Shown here in pieces: positions 39,243-48,799 of a DNA stretch of 64,000 bases; position 1 is the first letter of the stretch; every line of letters starts with the position of its first letter. The stretch lies in the NCBI GenBank assembly GCA_963822965.1, contig CAWGJT010000006.1, positions 480,001 through 544,000 of the forward strand, written 5' to 3'. Source of the stretch: an uncultured delta proteobacterium (GTDB lineage: Bacteria > Myxococcota_A > UBA9160 > UBA4427). A model generated the notes under the pieces. It did no database searches. It saw only the letters and a list, made by a program, of their open reading frames with translations, and was not told the origin of the DNA. The position numbers and the translations under genes were made by a program.

Positions 39243-42200
39243 CTTGGGTCTTCTCCTCGCGCCGCAGCTGCCAGGCGCGCCAGATCTCGTAGACGACGGG
39301 CAGGATCACCAGCGCCAGGACCGTAGCGGAGACCATCCCCCCCACCATCGGCGCGGCGATGCGCTTCATCACGCGGGCGCCCGTATCGTTGCTCCACATG
39401 ATCGGCAGCAGGCCAGCGATCACGGCGGTCGCCGTCATCACGATGGGGCGCACCCGCTCGCCGGCTCCCGCCATCACCGCCTCGTAGAGCTCCTCCTTGC
39501 CCAGACGCTTCCCGCTCGCCCGCCGGGCCTCGAAGGCGTGGTCCAGGTAGAGGATCATGACCACGCCGATCTCGGTGGCGACACCCGCAAGCGCGATGAA
39601 GCCGACCATCACGGCCACGCTCATGTTGTAGCCGAGCAGCCACATGAACCAGATCCCACCGATGACCGCGAAGGGCAACGCGAGCATCACGATGAACACC
39701 TCCACCACGCTGCGGAAGTTCAGGTAGAGCAGCAGGAAGATGATGAGGAGCGTGATCGGCACGACCACCTTGAGCCGGGCGTTCGCCTCCTGGATGTACT
39801 GGTACTGTCCGCTCCACTGCACCGTATAGCCGGCCGGAAGCGTCACTGCCGACGCCACCGCCTGCTTCGCGCGCTCCACGTAGGTCCCGACGTCCTGGTC
39901 CGGGTCGATGTCGACGTAGATCCAGGCCTGGGGCTGGGCTCCCTCCGTCTTGATGGCCGGAGGCCCCATGCGCGGGAAGATCTCCGCAACCTGGCCGAGG
40001 GGCACCTGCGCTCCGGTCGGGGTCGCCAGCAGCACGCGGCGCAGCGACTCGGGGCTCTGCCGCAGCTCGCGCGCATAGCGAACATTGAGCGGATAGCGCT
40101 CGAGCCCCTCGATGATCGTCGTCACGTTCATACCCCCGATCGCCGACTGGATCACGTCCAGGACGTCCTGCACCGTGAGCCCGTAGCGGGCCGCCTCCAT
40201 CCGGTTGACCACGAACGACATGTAGTAGCCGCCCGCCACCCGCTCGGCGTACACGCTCCGCGTGCCGGCCAGATCCCGCACCAGGGGCTCCACCTGCCTC
40301 CCCAGATCGTCGAGGACGGCGAGATCGGGGCCCGTCAGCTTGATCCCGACCGGCGTCTTGATGCCGGTGGAGAGCATGTCGATGCGCGTCTTGATCGGGA
40401 AGGTCCAGGCGTTCGTGAGACCCGGGAAATGGATCAGAGCGTTGAGCTCCTCCGTGAGCTTCTCGATCGTCATGCCCGGCCGCCACTCCTCTTCCGGCTT
40501 CAGCACCACGGTCGTCTCGAGCATCGAGAGCGGCGCGGGATCGAGTGGCGTTCGCGCGCGACCGACCTTGGCGAGCGCGTGCTTCACCTCGGGAACCGTC
40601 ATGATCAGCTGGTTCGTCTGCTGCGCGACCGCCTGTGCCTCGCCGATCGAGACGCCGGGCAGCAGGGACGGCATGTAGAGGAGATCGCCCTCGTTGAGTG
40701 GGGGGATGAACTCGGACCCGAGGCGCGTGTAGGGCACCATCGTCACCGCCAGGATGGCGAGGGCCACGCCCAGTACGATCCAGCGCAGCCGTAGAGCCCA
40801 GTGCAGCACGGGGCGGTAGGCCCAGACGAGGAAGCGGTTGATGGGGTTGCGCGCCTCGGGAAGGATGCGTCCGCGAATCAGGTAGCCCATCAGCACGGGC
40901 ACCACCGTGATCGAGAGGACGGCGGCCGCGGCCATGGAGTAGGTCTTGGTGAACGCGAGCGGCGAGAACATCCGACCCGACTGACCCGTGAGCGCAAACA
41001 CCGGGAGGAACGAGACCGCGATGATCGTGAGCGAGAAGAAGAGAGCGGGCCCCACCTCCTTGGTCGAGTCGACGATGATCTCCCAGTGCGGCTTCTTCCC
41101 CCGATCCCGCTCCAGGTGCTTGTGGGCGTTCTCGATCATCACGATGGCGCCATCCACCATGGCTCCGATCGCGATCGCGATTCCGCCCAGCGACATGATG
41201 TTCGCCGCGAGCCCCTGGAAGTACATGATCGCCATGGCGATCAAGATCCCCACCGGCAGCGTGAAGATCGCCACCAGCGCCGAACGCAGGTGGAGCAGGA
41301 ATACCACGCAGACGGCCGCGACGATCAGGCTCTCCTCCAGGAGCTTGCTGCGGAGCATCGCCTGGGCGCGGCCGATCAGTGCCGAACGGTCATAGATGGG
41401 GACGATCTCCACCCCTTCCGGAAGGCCGGGCTTCAGCGACTCGATCTTCTCCTTCACGCGGTCGATCACGGCGAGGGCGTTGTTCCAGTAGCGCATCTCG
41501 ATGATCCCGATCACCACCTCGCCGTCGGCGTCGAGTTGAACGGCGCCTCGTCGGATGTCCGGCCCGAGTCCCACGTCCGCGACGTCGCGCACCAGGATCG
41601 GCGTGCCGTGGTCGTCCACCGCGACCGGGATCTGCTCGATGTCCTGGACGTTCCGGATGTAGCCGACCCCCTCCACCATGTACTCGGCTTCCGCGTACTC
41701 GATGACGCGCCCACCCACGTCGTTGTTGCTGCGCCGGATCGCGTGGACGACCTTGCCGAGCGGCAGGTCGTAGGCGAGCAGCCGGTTGGGGTCGATCGTC
41801 ACCTGGTACTGCTTCACGAAGCCGCCAGCGCTGGCGACGTTCGCGACACCGGGGACGGTCTGGAGCTGGTAGCGAACGAACCAGTCCTGGATGCTCCGCA
41901 GCTCGGAGAGGTCGTGCTTGCCGGAGCGGTCGACCAGGGCGTACTCGAAGACCCAGCCGACGGGCGTCGCGTCCGGTCCCAGCACGGGGGTGACGCCTTC
42001 GGGCAGCTGGTTTTGCACGAAGCTCAGGTACTCGAGCACCCGGCTGCGCGCCCAATAGACGTCGGTGCCGTCGTCGAAGATGACGTACACGAAGGAGAGA
42101 CCGAAGAACGAGTAGCCGCGCACGACCTTGGCGTTCGCCACGGCCAGCATGGTCGTCGTGATCGGATAGGTGACCTGGTCCTCGACGATCTGGGGCGGCT

Positions 42201-42366
42201 GGCCGGGCCATTCGGTGAAGATGATGACCTGGACGTCGCTCACGTCGGGGAGCGCGTCGACGGGAATGTTCCGGAGCGCGTAGATCCCGGTGGCGATGGC
42301 CGCGACGGTGAAGAGGACCACCAGCAGCTGGTTGCGGACCGAGGCGTCGATGATTCTCTGGAGCAC
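39229..42366 (-). CDS. cusA: CusA-type heavy-metal RND permease
   Basis: DALPDVSDVQV, WARSRVLEYL, GPDATPVGW, GAMVD, IKTRIDMLSTG, RPIVMT. Confidence 0.95.
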   Translation of the reverse strand: MLQRIIDASVRNQLLVVLFTVAAIATGIYALRNIPVDALPDVSDVQVIIFTEWPGQPPQIVEDQVTYPITTTMLAVANAKVVRGYSFFGLSFVYVIFDDGTDVYWARSRVLEYLSFVQNQLPEGVTPVLGPDATPVGWVFEYALVDRSGKHDLSELRSIQDWFVRYQLQTVPGVANVASAGGFVKQYQVTIDPNRLLAYDLPLGKVVHAIRRSNNDVGGRVIEYAEAEYMVEGVGYIRNVQDIEQIPVAVDDHGTPILVRDVADVGLGPDIRRGAVQLDADGEVVIGIIEMRYWNNALAVIDRVKEKIESLKPGLPEGVEIVPIYDRSALIGRAQAMLRSKLLEESLIVAAVCVVFLLHLRSALVAIFTLPVGILIAMAIMYFQGLAANIMSLGGIAIAIGAMVDGAIVMIENAHKHLERDRGKKPHWEIIVDSTKEVGPALFFSLTIIAVSFLPVFALTGQSGRMFSPLAFTKTYSMAAAAVLSITVVPVLMGYLIRGRILPEARNPINRFLVWAYRPVLHWALRLRWIVLGVALAILAVTMVPYTRLGSEFIPPLNEGDLLYMPSLLPGVSIGEAQAVAQQTNQLIMTVPEVKHALAKVGRARTPLDPAPLSMLETTVVLKPEEEWRPGMTIEKLTEELNALIHFPGLTNAWTFPIKTRIDMLSTGIKTPVGIKLTGPDLAVLDDLGRQVEPLVRDLAGTRSVYAERVAGGYYMSFVVNRMEAARYGLTVQDVLDVIQSAIGGMNVTTIIEGLERYPLNVRYARELRQSPESLRRVLLATPTGAQVPLGQVAEIFPRMGPPAIKTEGAQPQAWIYVDIDPDQDVGTYVERAKQAVASAVTLPAGYTVQWSGQYQYIQEANARLKVVVPITLLIIFLLLYLNFRSVVEVFIVMLALPFAVIGGIWFMWLLGYNMSVAVMVGFIALAGVATEIGVVMILYLDHAFEARRASGKRLGKEELYEAVMAGAGERVRPIVMTATAVIAGLLPIMWSNDTGARVMKRIAAPMVGGMVSATVLALVILPVVYEIWRAWQLRREEKTQDAPS

Positions 42367-42371
42367 AGCGA

Positions 42372-43754
42372 CTACTCCGGGCCGTGTCCGGAGTGCGCGG
42401 GCGCCGGAGCCTCCTCAGCGGGCGGACGGGGAACCATCTCCTTCCCCTCCATCGCTTCGGGGCCCTCCATGGGCGTCGGCGCGGGCTCGCCGGAACCCAT
42501 CATCTTTCGCACCGCCGATTGGAGGTTGCTCTCCGAGTTGATCAGGAACTGCGCCGAGGTGACGACGCGGTCTCCGGCTGCGAGGCCCTCGAGCACCTCG
42601 AAGTCGTCGCCGGCCTGCGCGCCCAGACGCACCTCACGGGGTTCGAAGCGGCCCCCTTCGAGCGCGACGAGCGCCACGTCGCGCTGCCCCGTTCGGATCA
42701 CCGCCTGGATCGGCACGGCGACCGCTTCGCGCGCCACCTCGCTGTGGACCACCACGTTGGCCCACATGTCGGGCTTGAGGTCGAGCTCAGGCGTGTTCGG
42801 GAACTCCATGCGGACTTCGATCGTGCGCGTCTTCTTGTCGAGGTAGGGATACACGTATGTGACCTTGCCGCGATGCGTGACGCCCGGCTGGTAGGCGAGC
42901 GTCATCGTCGCCTCCTCGCCGACGCGCAGCCACGGCGCCTCGTATTCGTAGACGTCGGCGTAGACCCAGATCGTGGAGATATCCGCGATCGTGTACACCG
43001 TCTGCCCCGGTTGGAGAAACCCGCCTTCCGGGATCATGCGCTCCACCACGATTCCCCGGGACGGCGCGTGGAGAACCATGGTGCGCGTGATCTCACCGCG
43101 CTCGCGCAGCGCTTCGATCTGCCGGTCGCTGATGTTCCAGTAGCGCAGCCTGGCCTCCGCTGCGCTCACGAGGTCGTTGGCTCCGGTCATGGCGTCGTGC
43201 AATGTGCTGTCGTGGAGCCGGTCCTGGTAGCGCAGCGCCACCAGGTACTCCTCCTGGGTCGAGACGAGCTCGGGGCTGTAGATCTCGAGCAGCGGCTCTC
43301 CGCTCCGCACGACCTGCCCCGGAAAGTTCACGTACTGATCCTCGATCCACCCGCCGATCTTGGGCGCGATGCGGCGGACCTTCGTCTCGTCGTAGCCGAT
43401 GCGTCCCACAGTCCGGATGTCGCGGCTGAGGCGCTTGCGCTGGAGCACGGCCGTGGTGACGCCGATGTTCTGGATCGTGGCCGGATCGATCCGCACCGTT
43501 CCCGGCGGCCCCTCCGGCTCCTCCCCCTCGTAGACGGGCACGAGGTCCATGCCCATGGAGTCCTTCCCGGGGCTCTTGGAGATGAACGTCGGATCCATGG
43601 GGGACTTCCAGTAGAGGATCTTGCGCTCCTGGCCCTGCTTGCCGGCCGGCGGGCCGTCGGCGGTCGCCGAGACGGGGGTACGCGCGTCCTCCGAGCAGGC
43701 CAGCAGGGAGGGCAGCAGCAGAGCGGAGGCGAGGAGCATCGTGACCTTGCTCAT
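42372..43754 (-). CDS. cusB: CusB-type periplasmic adaptor with N-terminal metal-binding domain
   Basis: Lipoprotein signal LLAC; YWKSPMDP...KDSMGMDLVP; YSPEL..TQEE; AQFLINSES. Confidence 0.92.
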   Translation of the reverse strand: MSKVTMLLASALLLPSLLACSEDARTPVSATADGPPAGKQGQERKILYWKSPMDPTFISKSPGKDSMGMDLVPVYEGEEPEGPPGTVRIDPATIQNIGVTTAVLQRKRLSRDIRTVGRIGYDETKVRRIAPKIGGWIEDQYVNFPGQVVRSGEPLLEIYSPELVSTQEEYLVALRYQDRLHDSTLHDAMTGANDLVSAAEARLRYWNISDRQIEALRERGEITRTMVLHAPSRGIVVERMIPEGGFLQPGQTVYTIADISTIWVYADVYEYEAPWLRVGEEATMTLAYQPGVTHRGKVTYVYPYLDKKTRTIEVRMEFPNTPELDLKPDMWANVVVHSEVAREAVAVPIQAVIRTGQRDVALVALEGGRFEPREVRLGAQAGDDFEVLEGLAAGDRVVTSAQFLINSESNLQSAVRKMMGSGEPAPTPMEGPEAMEGKEMVPRPPAEEAPAPAHSGHGPE

Positions 43755-45133
43755 GGCACCTGCATCCGGACCGGGGGTGTCAGACCCGAGAGGGGTTGGC
43801 CGACGGCGCGCTCGAGGTCCGCGACCGCCTGCTGGTAGTCGCGCACCGCGCGATCACGCATGAGGCGGACCTGCTCGAGAGACCGGAGGCTGTCGATCAG
43901 CGTGAGGAAGTCGACCTCGCCGGTCTGATAGCCGGCGCGGGCGGCTGCGATGCGCTCGGTGGTCTGGGGGATGAGCGTCGCCCGGTAGATCTCCTCATTG
44001 CGAGCCGCGACGCGGACGCGTTCGTACTGCCTCTGCACCTGGTCCAGGACCTGGTTGGTGAGATCGCGCCGACGTGACTTCTCGCGTCGAACGCGGAACT
44101 CCGCCTCGTCCACCTCGGCGCCGATCCGGTTCAGCCATAGCGGGACCGAAAAGCCGAGCTTGACCGTCCAGATGTCGTCGCCGTCGTGCTTGAAGCCCGG
44201 GTTCGTGCCGCCCCCCACCTCGATCCACTGGCCGGCAAGCCGCAGGTCGGGCAGGTAGCCCATCCGCGCCAGCCGGCGCGAGTGCTGGCTCGCTTGCACG
44301 ACCTGGTCCTGGGAGCGCAGCTCCGGCCGCTCCCGCTCCGCCACCTCGACGAGACGCTCGAGCGGGATCGCGAGCGGCTGTGTGTCCAGGTCCGCGGGAG
44401 GTCCGAGCGGAGCCCGCGGCGGGCGGTCGAGCAGCGCATTCAGCGCTCCGATCGCCGTCTCGGAGTCCCCCTCGAACACCACCCGCTCCGCCGCGAGGCG
44501 GCTCAGCTGCTCCTCCGCGAGGATCACGTCCTGCTGGGCCGCGGTCCCCACCCGGTACTTCGCCTGCGCGACGTCGGCAAACTGGCGGGTCAGCGCGATG
44601 GTCTCGTCGTTGATGGCCAGCGCTCGCCCTGCGAGGTAGTAGTCCGCATAGCGCGCCCTCACCTGGCGCGAGATCTCCTGGATCGTCGCCTCGAGGATCT
44701 CGCAGATGGCGTCCGCTCGCGCCTCCTCGACCCGGCCACGCAGGGTGAGCTTCCCCGGGAAGGGGATGGCCTGGGACACCTCGACGCCCTGCTTCTGCGG
44801 CCCTGCACGGGTCTCGGCCATGGCCCCCGTGTCTGGCATGTAGGCGACCGTGGGGTTCTCGTACCAGCTCTGCGACGTGATCCTTTCCTGGGAGGCCTGC
44901 CATTCGAAGCGTGCGGCACGAATCCCCGGGTTGTGCAGGGTCGCATACTCCTCCAGCGCCTCGAGCGAGGTCCGCGAGAGAAGATCCGCTTCCGTCTCCG
45001 CCGCCGGCTGACCCGCAGCCGGTTCGCCGCCGCACGGTGGCTCCGCGGCACCGGTCCGGGCGCCCCCCGCGATCAGGGCACACACCAGCACCCAGAGGCA
45101 GCTCGCGACGTGGTGGCTCGCCCCCCCCGCCAT
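43751..45133 (-). CDS. TolC/CusC-family outer membrane efflux protein
   Basis: Signal peptide; Q.IPFPGKL, PEL, YQTG.VDF motifs; first gene of the cus operon. Confidence 0.88.
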   Translation of the reverse strand: MAGGASHHVASCLWVLVCALIAGGARTGAAEPPCGGEPAAGQPAAETEADLLSRTSLEALEEYATLHNPGIRAARFEWQASQERITSQSWYENPTVAYMPDTGAMAETRAGPQKQGVEVSQAIPFPGKLTLRGRVEEARADAICEILEATIQEISRQVRARYADYYLAGRALAINDETIALTRQFADVAQAKYRVGTAAQQDVILAEEQLSRLAAERVVFEGDSETAIGALNALLDRPPRAPLGPPADLDTQPLAIPLERLVEVAERERPELRSQDQVVQASQHSRRLARMGYLPDLRLAGQWIEVGGGTNPGFKHDGDDIWTVKLGFSVPLWLNRIGAEVDEAEFRVRREKSRRRDLTNQVLDQVQRQYERVRVAARNEEIYRATLIPQTTERIAAARAGYQTGEVDFLTLIDSLRSLEQVRLMRDRAVRDYQQAVADLERAVGQPLSGLTPPVRMQVP

Positions 45134-45176
45134 TCCGGAAAATCCCCCGCGCTCGGCTTCGAATCCGCACAGCCTA

Positions 45177-45203
45177 CTACGGGACAGCCGCTCGAAACGT
45201 GAC
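45177..45203 (-). promoter_or_regulatory. Putative ECF promoter for the tolC-cusBA operon
   Basis: Minus strand GTCACG-N16-CGTAG. Confidence 0.7.
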
Positions 45204-45318
45204 TCGTTCCTCGCTCCGCTTCACCCCATGCGTCGGACGGGCCGAGGCGGAACGCCACAGCCAGGCCGCAGCCGGACTACGAACCGCCCCTCAACGCGAA
45301 ACCCGGAGTGCGCCGGAT

Positions 45319-45345
45319 GTCACGGGCGGTGGGCTCGGCCCGTAG
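45319..45345 (+). promoter_or_regulatory. Putative ECF promoter for the MacB-type ABC operon
   Basis: Plus strand GTCACG-N16-CGTAG. Confidence 0.65.
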
Positions 45346-45518
45346 AATGTGCATGAGAGGAGCTCGCCGCCCAGTATGAGGATCTGGCCAAGGGAGAGGA
45401 CGCGGCGGCGGCGACCCGGTAGCAGACCGTCGAGCTCTCGCACGGGCGATGACGTCTTGGATCCCCTCAGCCCCAACCCGACCCGCGGGCCGGGGGGCCG
45501 ACGCCGAGGAGGAGATCG

Positions 45519-46694
45519 ATGACGCGTGAGGCGCCCCGGCGCCGGCCGCCCGTGACCCAGCTGCGCCTCGTCCGCGCCTGGCTCACCCGAGCGCCCGCGC
45601 GGACGTTCTTCGTCTCGCTGGCGGTGGGCGGCTCCCTCTGCGTCGTACTCTTGTTGGAGGGGTTCCAAAGCGGCCTCTACGCGCAGATGGAGCAGGTGGT
45701 CCTGCGCCGCGGTGCGGATCTCATCGTCACCCAGGCGGGCGTCGGAAATTTCCTGGCCAGCCGATCGAAGCTTCCGCAGACGAGCCGCAAGCAGGTCGAG
45801 AGCGTGGCGGGCGTGACGGCGGCATATCCCCTCACGTTGGTGCCGATCATCTTCGATCAGGACGGTCGCCGCAGCCCGATCATGCTGGTCGTCCATCAGG
45901 CGCTCGGCGGTGCGGACCGGATCGTGCGGGGTACGGGCAACCTGCGCCCCCGCGACATCGTGATCGACGAGTCCCTCGCCTCGCGCTACGGCCTCGAGCT
46001 CGGCGATCCGTTCGTCGTGGCCGACTTCGAGTTCCGCGTGGCGGGCATCACCCGGGGCGCCGCGGCGATGTTCACCTCCATGGCCTTCGCGACCTACGAC
46101 GACCTGCTCGACTTCTACTTCAGCTCCGGCGTGATGGGCGACGTGGCGAGCCTGCCGCTGGTGAGCTTCCTGCTCGTGCGTCTCGACGAGGGAGCCGACC
46201 GCAGCGCGGTGGCCGCCGCGATCGAAGCGTCGGTTCCCTCGGCCGACGTCTTCCTGCCCGAGGCCCTCGCCGCGAACGACGTGGAGATGGGCCGCAGCCT
46301 CTTCGGACCGGTGATGCGCGTCGTCACCGCCGTCGCGTACGCGGTCTGCCTGCTCGTCATCGGACTCGTTCTCTACGTGGGGGCCAGCGCCCGCCGCGGC
46401 AGCCTCGGCGTGCTCGAGGCCCTCGGCTTCCGGAGCGCTCGACTCGCCGTCTCGATGGCCGCCGAGGGCGTGGGCCTCTTCCTTCTCTCGCTCCCGCTCG
46501 CGCTGGGACTCGCCCTCGCGATCGGGCACGAGATCGAGGTCTGGGCGCCGCTCTACGTCGTCGACGTCCTGGTGCCCGGCCCCCTGCTGCACGCGTTCCT
46601 CGGCGGCCTCGCGCTCACGCTCGTTGCGTCCCTCGCACCGGTGCAGGTCCTGCGCCGTCTCGAGCCGGCGGACGCCTTCCGGAGCCTCCGATGA
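45519..46694 (+). CDS. MacB/FtsX-type ABC permease 1
   Basis: TM1, periplasmic domain (ADLIVTQ), then three C-terminal TMs; LGVLEALG, PADAFR. Confidence 0.88.
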   Translation: MTREAPRRRPPVTQLRLVRAWLTRAPARTFFVSLAVGGSLCVVLLLEGFQSGLYAQMEQVVLRRGADLIVTQAGVGNFLASRSKLPQTSRKQVESVAGVTAAYPLTLVPIIFDQDGRRSPIMLVVHQALGGADRIVRGTGNLRPRDIVIDESLASRYGLELGDPFVVADFEFRVAGITRGAAAMFTSMAFATYDDLLDFYFSSGVMGDVASLPLVSFLLVRLDEGADRSAVAAAIEASVPSADVFLPEALAANDVEMGRSLFGPVMRVVTAVAYAVCLLVIGLVLYVGASARRGSLGVLEALGFRSARLAVSMAAEGVGLFLLSLPLALGLALAIGHEIEVWAPLYVVDVLVPGPLLHAFLGGLALTLVASLAPVQVLRRLEPADAFRSLR

Positions 46695-47794
46695 TCCGCT
46701 GGACCCTCCGCTCGCTCGCTCTCGAGCCCATGCGGCTCTTCGGATCGGCTCTCGGCGTAGCGGTCGCCTTCACGCTCGTCGTCTTCTTCGAGGGCGTCTT
46801 CGAGGGAGAGTCCCAGAAGATCGTCGCCTACCCGCTCCACGCGGCGGCCGATGTGTGGGTCATGCAGGACGGCGTCTCGAACATGCACATGGCGACCAGC
46901 ATGATCTGGGACTGGAAGCTGGCCGAGGTCGAGGCGGTGGACGGGGTCGCGAGCGCGACGCCGATCCTCTACGCGAACGCCGTCGTCCAGGCGGGGAGCC
47001 GCCCCTGGTTCTCGTACGTGGTGGGACTCGCGCCCGATCGAAGCGGCGCCGGGCCCTGGGAGGTCTCGGCCGGCAAGGCCACGCCCGGCCCAGGCGAGGC
47101 GCTCGTGCCACGCGTCCTTGCCGAGCTCTCCGGCCTGGACGTCGGCGATACCGTGACCGTCCTGAACCGGGAGCTCACGGTGGCGGGGCTGACCGAGGGG
47201 ACCTTCTCCATGGCCAACTCCGTCACCTTCGTTTCGCTGCAGGATCTCGAGGGCATGATGGACGTCACCTCCGCCTACAGCTATCTGCTGGTGCGTGCCG
47301 AGCCGGGTGCGACGCACCTCGTCGAGCGAATCCTCGGCGAGGTGGGCGACGTCAACGCCGTATCACGCGAGGAGTTCGTCCAGAACGACCGACGCATGGC
47401 CGTCCAGATGGGGGTCGAGGTGATCTGGATCATGAGCCTCGTGTCCGGGTTCGTCGCCGCGCTCGTGGTCGCGTTCTCGGGCTATGCCCAGGTCATGTCC
47501 ATGCAGCGCGAGTTCGCGATCACCAAGTCCCTGGGCTTCCCGAATCGCAGCATTCTCGGGGCGGCACTCGTCCAGGCGGCCAGCGTCTCGCTCCTCGGGT
47601 TCGCGGGCTCCGTGGCGCTTGGGTTCGGGCTCCTCCCCCGCCTGCCGGCGTTGGCGCCCCAGATCGCGCTCGTCGTGCTGCCGGACCACTACGTTCCGAT
47701 CGCCATCGGGGCGATCGTGGTGACGCTCGCGGCGGCCCTGCTGCCTGCCTGGACCATCGCCCGCGTGGACCCGATGACGGTCTTCCACGCCTGA
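46691..47794 (+). CDS. MacB/FtsX-type ABC permease 2
   Basis: ADVWVMQ, REFAITKSLG, RVDPMTVF; ATGA overlap. Confidence 0.9.
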   Translation: MIRWTLRSLALEPMRLFGSALGVAVAFTLVVFFEGVFEGESQKIVAYPLHAAADVWVMQDGVSNMHMATSMIWDWKLAEVEAVDGVASATPILYANAVVQAGSRPWFSYVVGLAPDRSGAGPWEVSAGKATPGPGEALVPRVLAELSGLDVGDTVTVLNRELTVAGLTEGTFSMANSVTFVSLQDLEGMMDVTSAYSYLLVRAEPGATHLVERILGEVGDVNAVSREEFVQNDRRMAVQMGVEVIWIMSLVSGFVAALVVAFSGYAQVMSMQREFAITKSLGFPNRSILGAALVQAASVSLLGFAGSVALGFGLLPRLPALAPQIALVVLPDHYVPIAIGAIVVTLAAALLPAWTIARVDPMTVFHA

Positions 47795-47803
47795 CGGAAG
47801 GAC

Positions 47804-48679
47804 ATGACCGAGAAGCCCATCCTGCACGCAGAGCATCTGACCCGCCGATTCGGTCACGGCGCCGGCGAGGTCGTCGCCGTGAACGACGTGGAGCTGGCGT
47901 TGCGGCGCGGCGAGCTCGCCCTCGTCATGGGGCCCTCGGGGTCGGGGAAGACGACGCTCCTCTCGATGCTGGGCGTCCTGCTGCGACCGACCGCCGGGAC
48001 GATCACGATCGACGGCGTGGAAGCCACGGGGCTCTCGGAGGCCCAGCTGCCCGCGCTCCGCGCGCACAAGCTCGGCTTCATCTTCCAGGCCTTCAATCTC
48101 CTCGACGCTCTCGACGTCGAGGAGAACATCCTGTTCCCGGCGCTGCTCGCGCCGGGCGGCACCCGGGCCGCCCGACCGCGCGCCGACGCCCTGATGGAGC
48201 GCCTGGGACTCGCGCGCCGCAAGTCCGCTCGTCCCGCCACGCTCTCGGGCGGTGAGAAGCAACGCGTGGCGATCGCGCGGGCCCTCATCAACGAGCCGCC
48301 CATCCTCCTGGCGGACGAGCCGACGGGGAACCTCGACTCGCAGACGGGTCAGGAGGTGATGATGATCCTGCACGACGTCGCCCGCGACGACGCCGCGGCG
48401 GTACTCATCGTGACGCACGACCCCCGGGTCGAGGACATCGCCGACCGGGTGCTCTGGCTCGAGGACGGGGCCCTGCGCGACCGCAAGGCCGAGGCACACG
48501 ACTGGATGCGCGACCCGGTCTGCGGCATGCGCGTGGACGCCTGGACGGCGACGCGAGAGACGCTGCACGAGGGTATGCGCTACGTGTTCTGCTCCCAACG
48601 CTGCCTCGAGCGCTTCGTCGAGGCCCCCGACTCCTACCTGCCCCGGGAGCCTGACCCAAGACACCAGGTGCCGCCCTGA
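47804..48679 (+). CDS. LolD/MacB-type ABC ATPase with C-terminal YHS domain
   Basis: [30 protein letters not shown]; then RDPVCGMRV...[12 protein letters not shown]. Confidence 0.93.
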   Translation: MTEKPILHAEHLTRRFGHGAGEVVAVNDVELALRRGELALVMGPSGSGKTTLLSMLGVLLRPTAGTITIDGVEATGLSEAQLPALRAHKLGFIFQAFNLLDALDVEENILFPALLAPGGTRAARPRADALMERLGLARRKSARPATLSGGEKQRVAIARALINEPPILLADEPTGNLDSQTGQEVMMILHDVARDDAAAVLIVTHDPRVEDIADRVLWLEDGALRDRKAEAHDWMRDPVCGMRVDAWTATRETLHEGMRYVFCSQRCLERFVEAPDSYLPREPDPRHQVPP

Positions 48680-48682
48680 CGC
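48650..48682. repeat. Partial copy (head) of the dispersed palindromic repeat
   Basis: CCTGACCCAAGAC as at 11622/19258, plus GCCGCCCTGACGCC matching the reverse complement of the copy-1 right arm. Confidence 0.55.
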
Positions 48683-48799
48683 CACGCGGGTCGGTGGGGG
48701 CTCGACCGACGTGCGCGACCGGACCTCGCATGCCCCCGCATCGACGGACGGCGGTCACCGGGAATCCCCGCCGTTCGCGTTGCGGTAGGATGCACGGGA

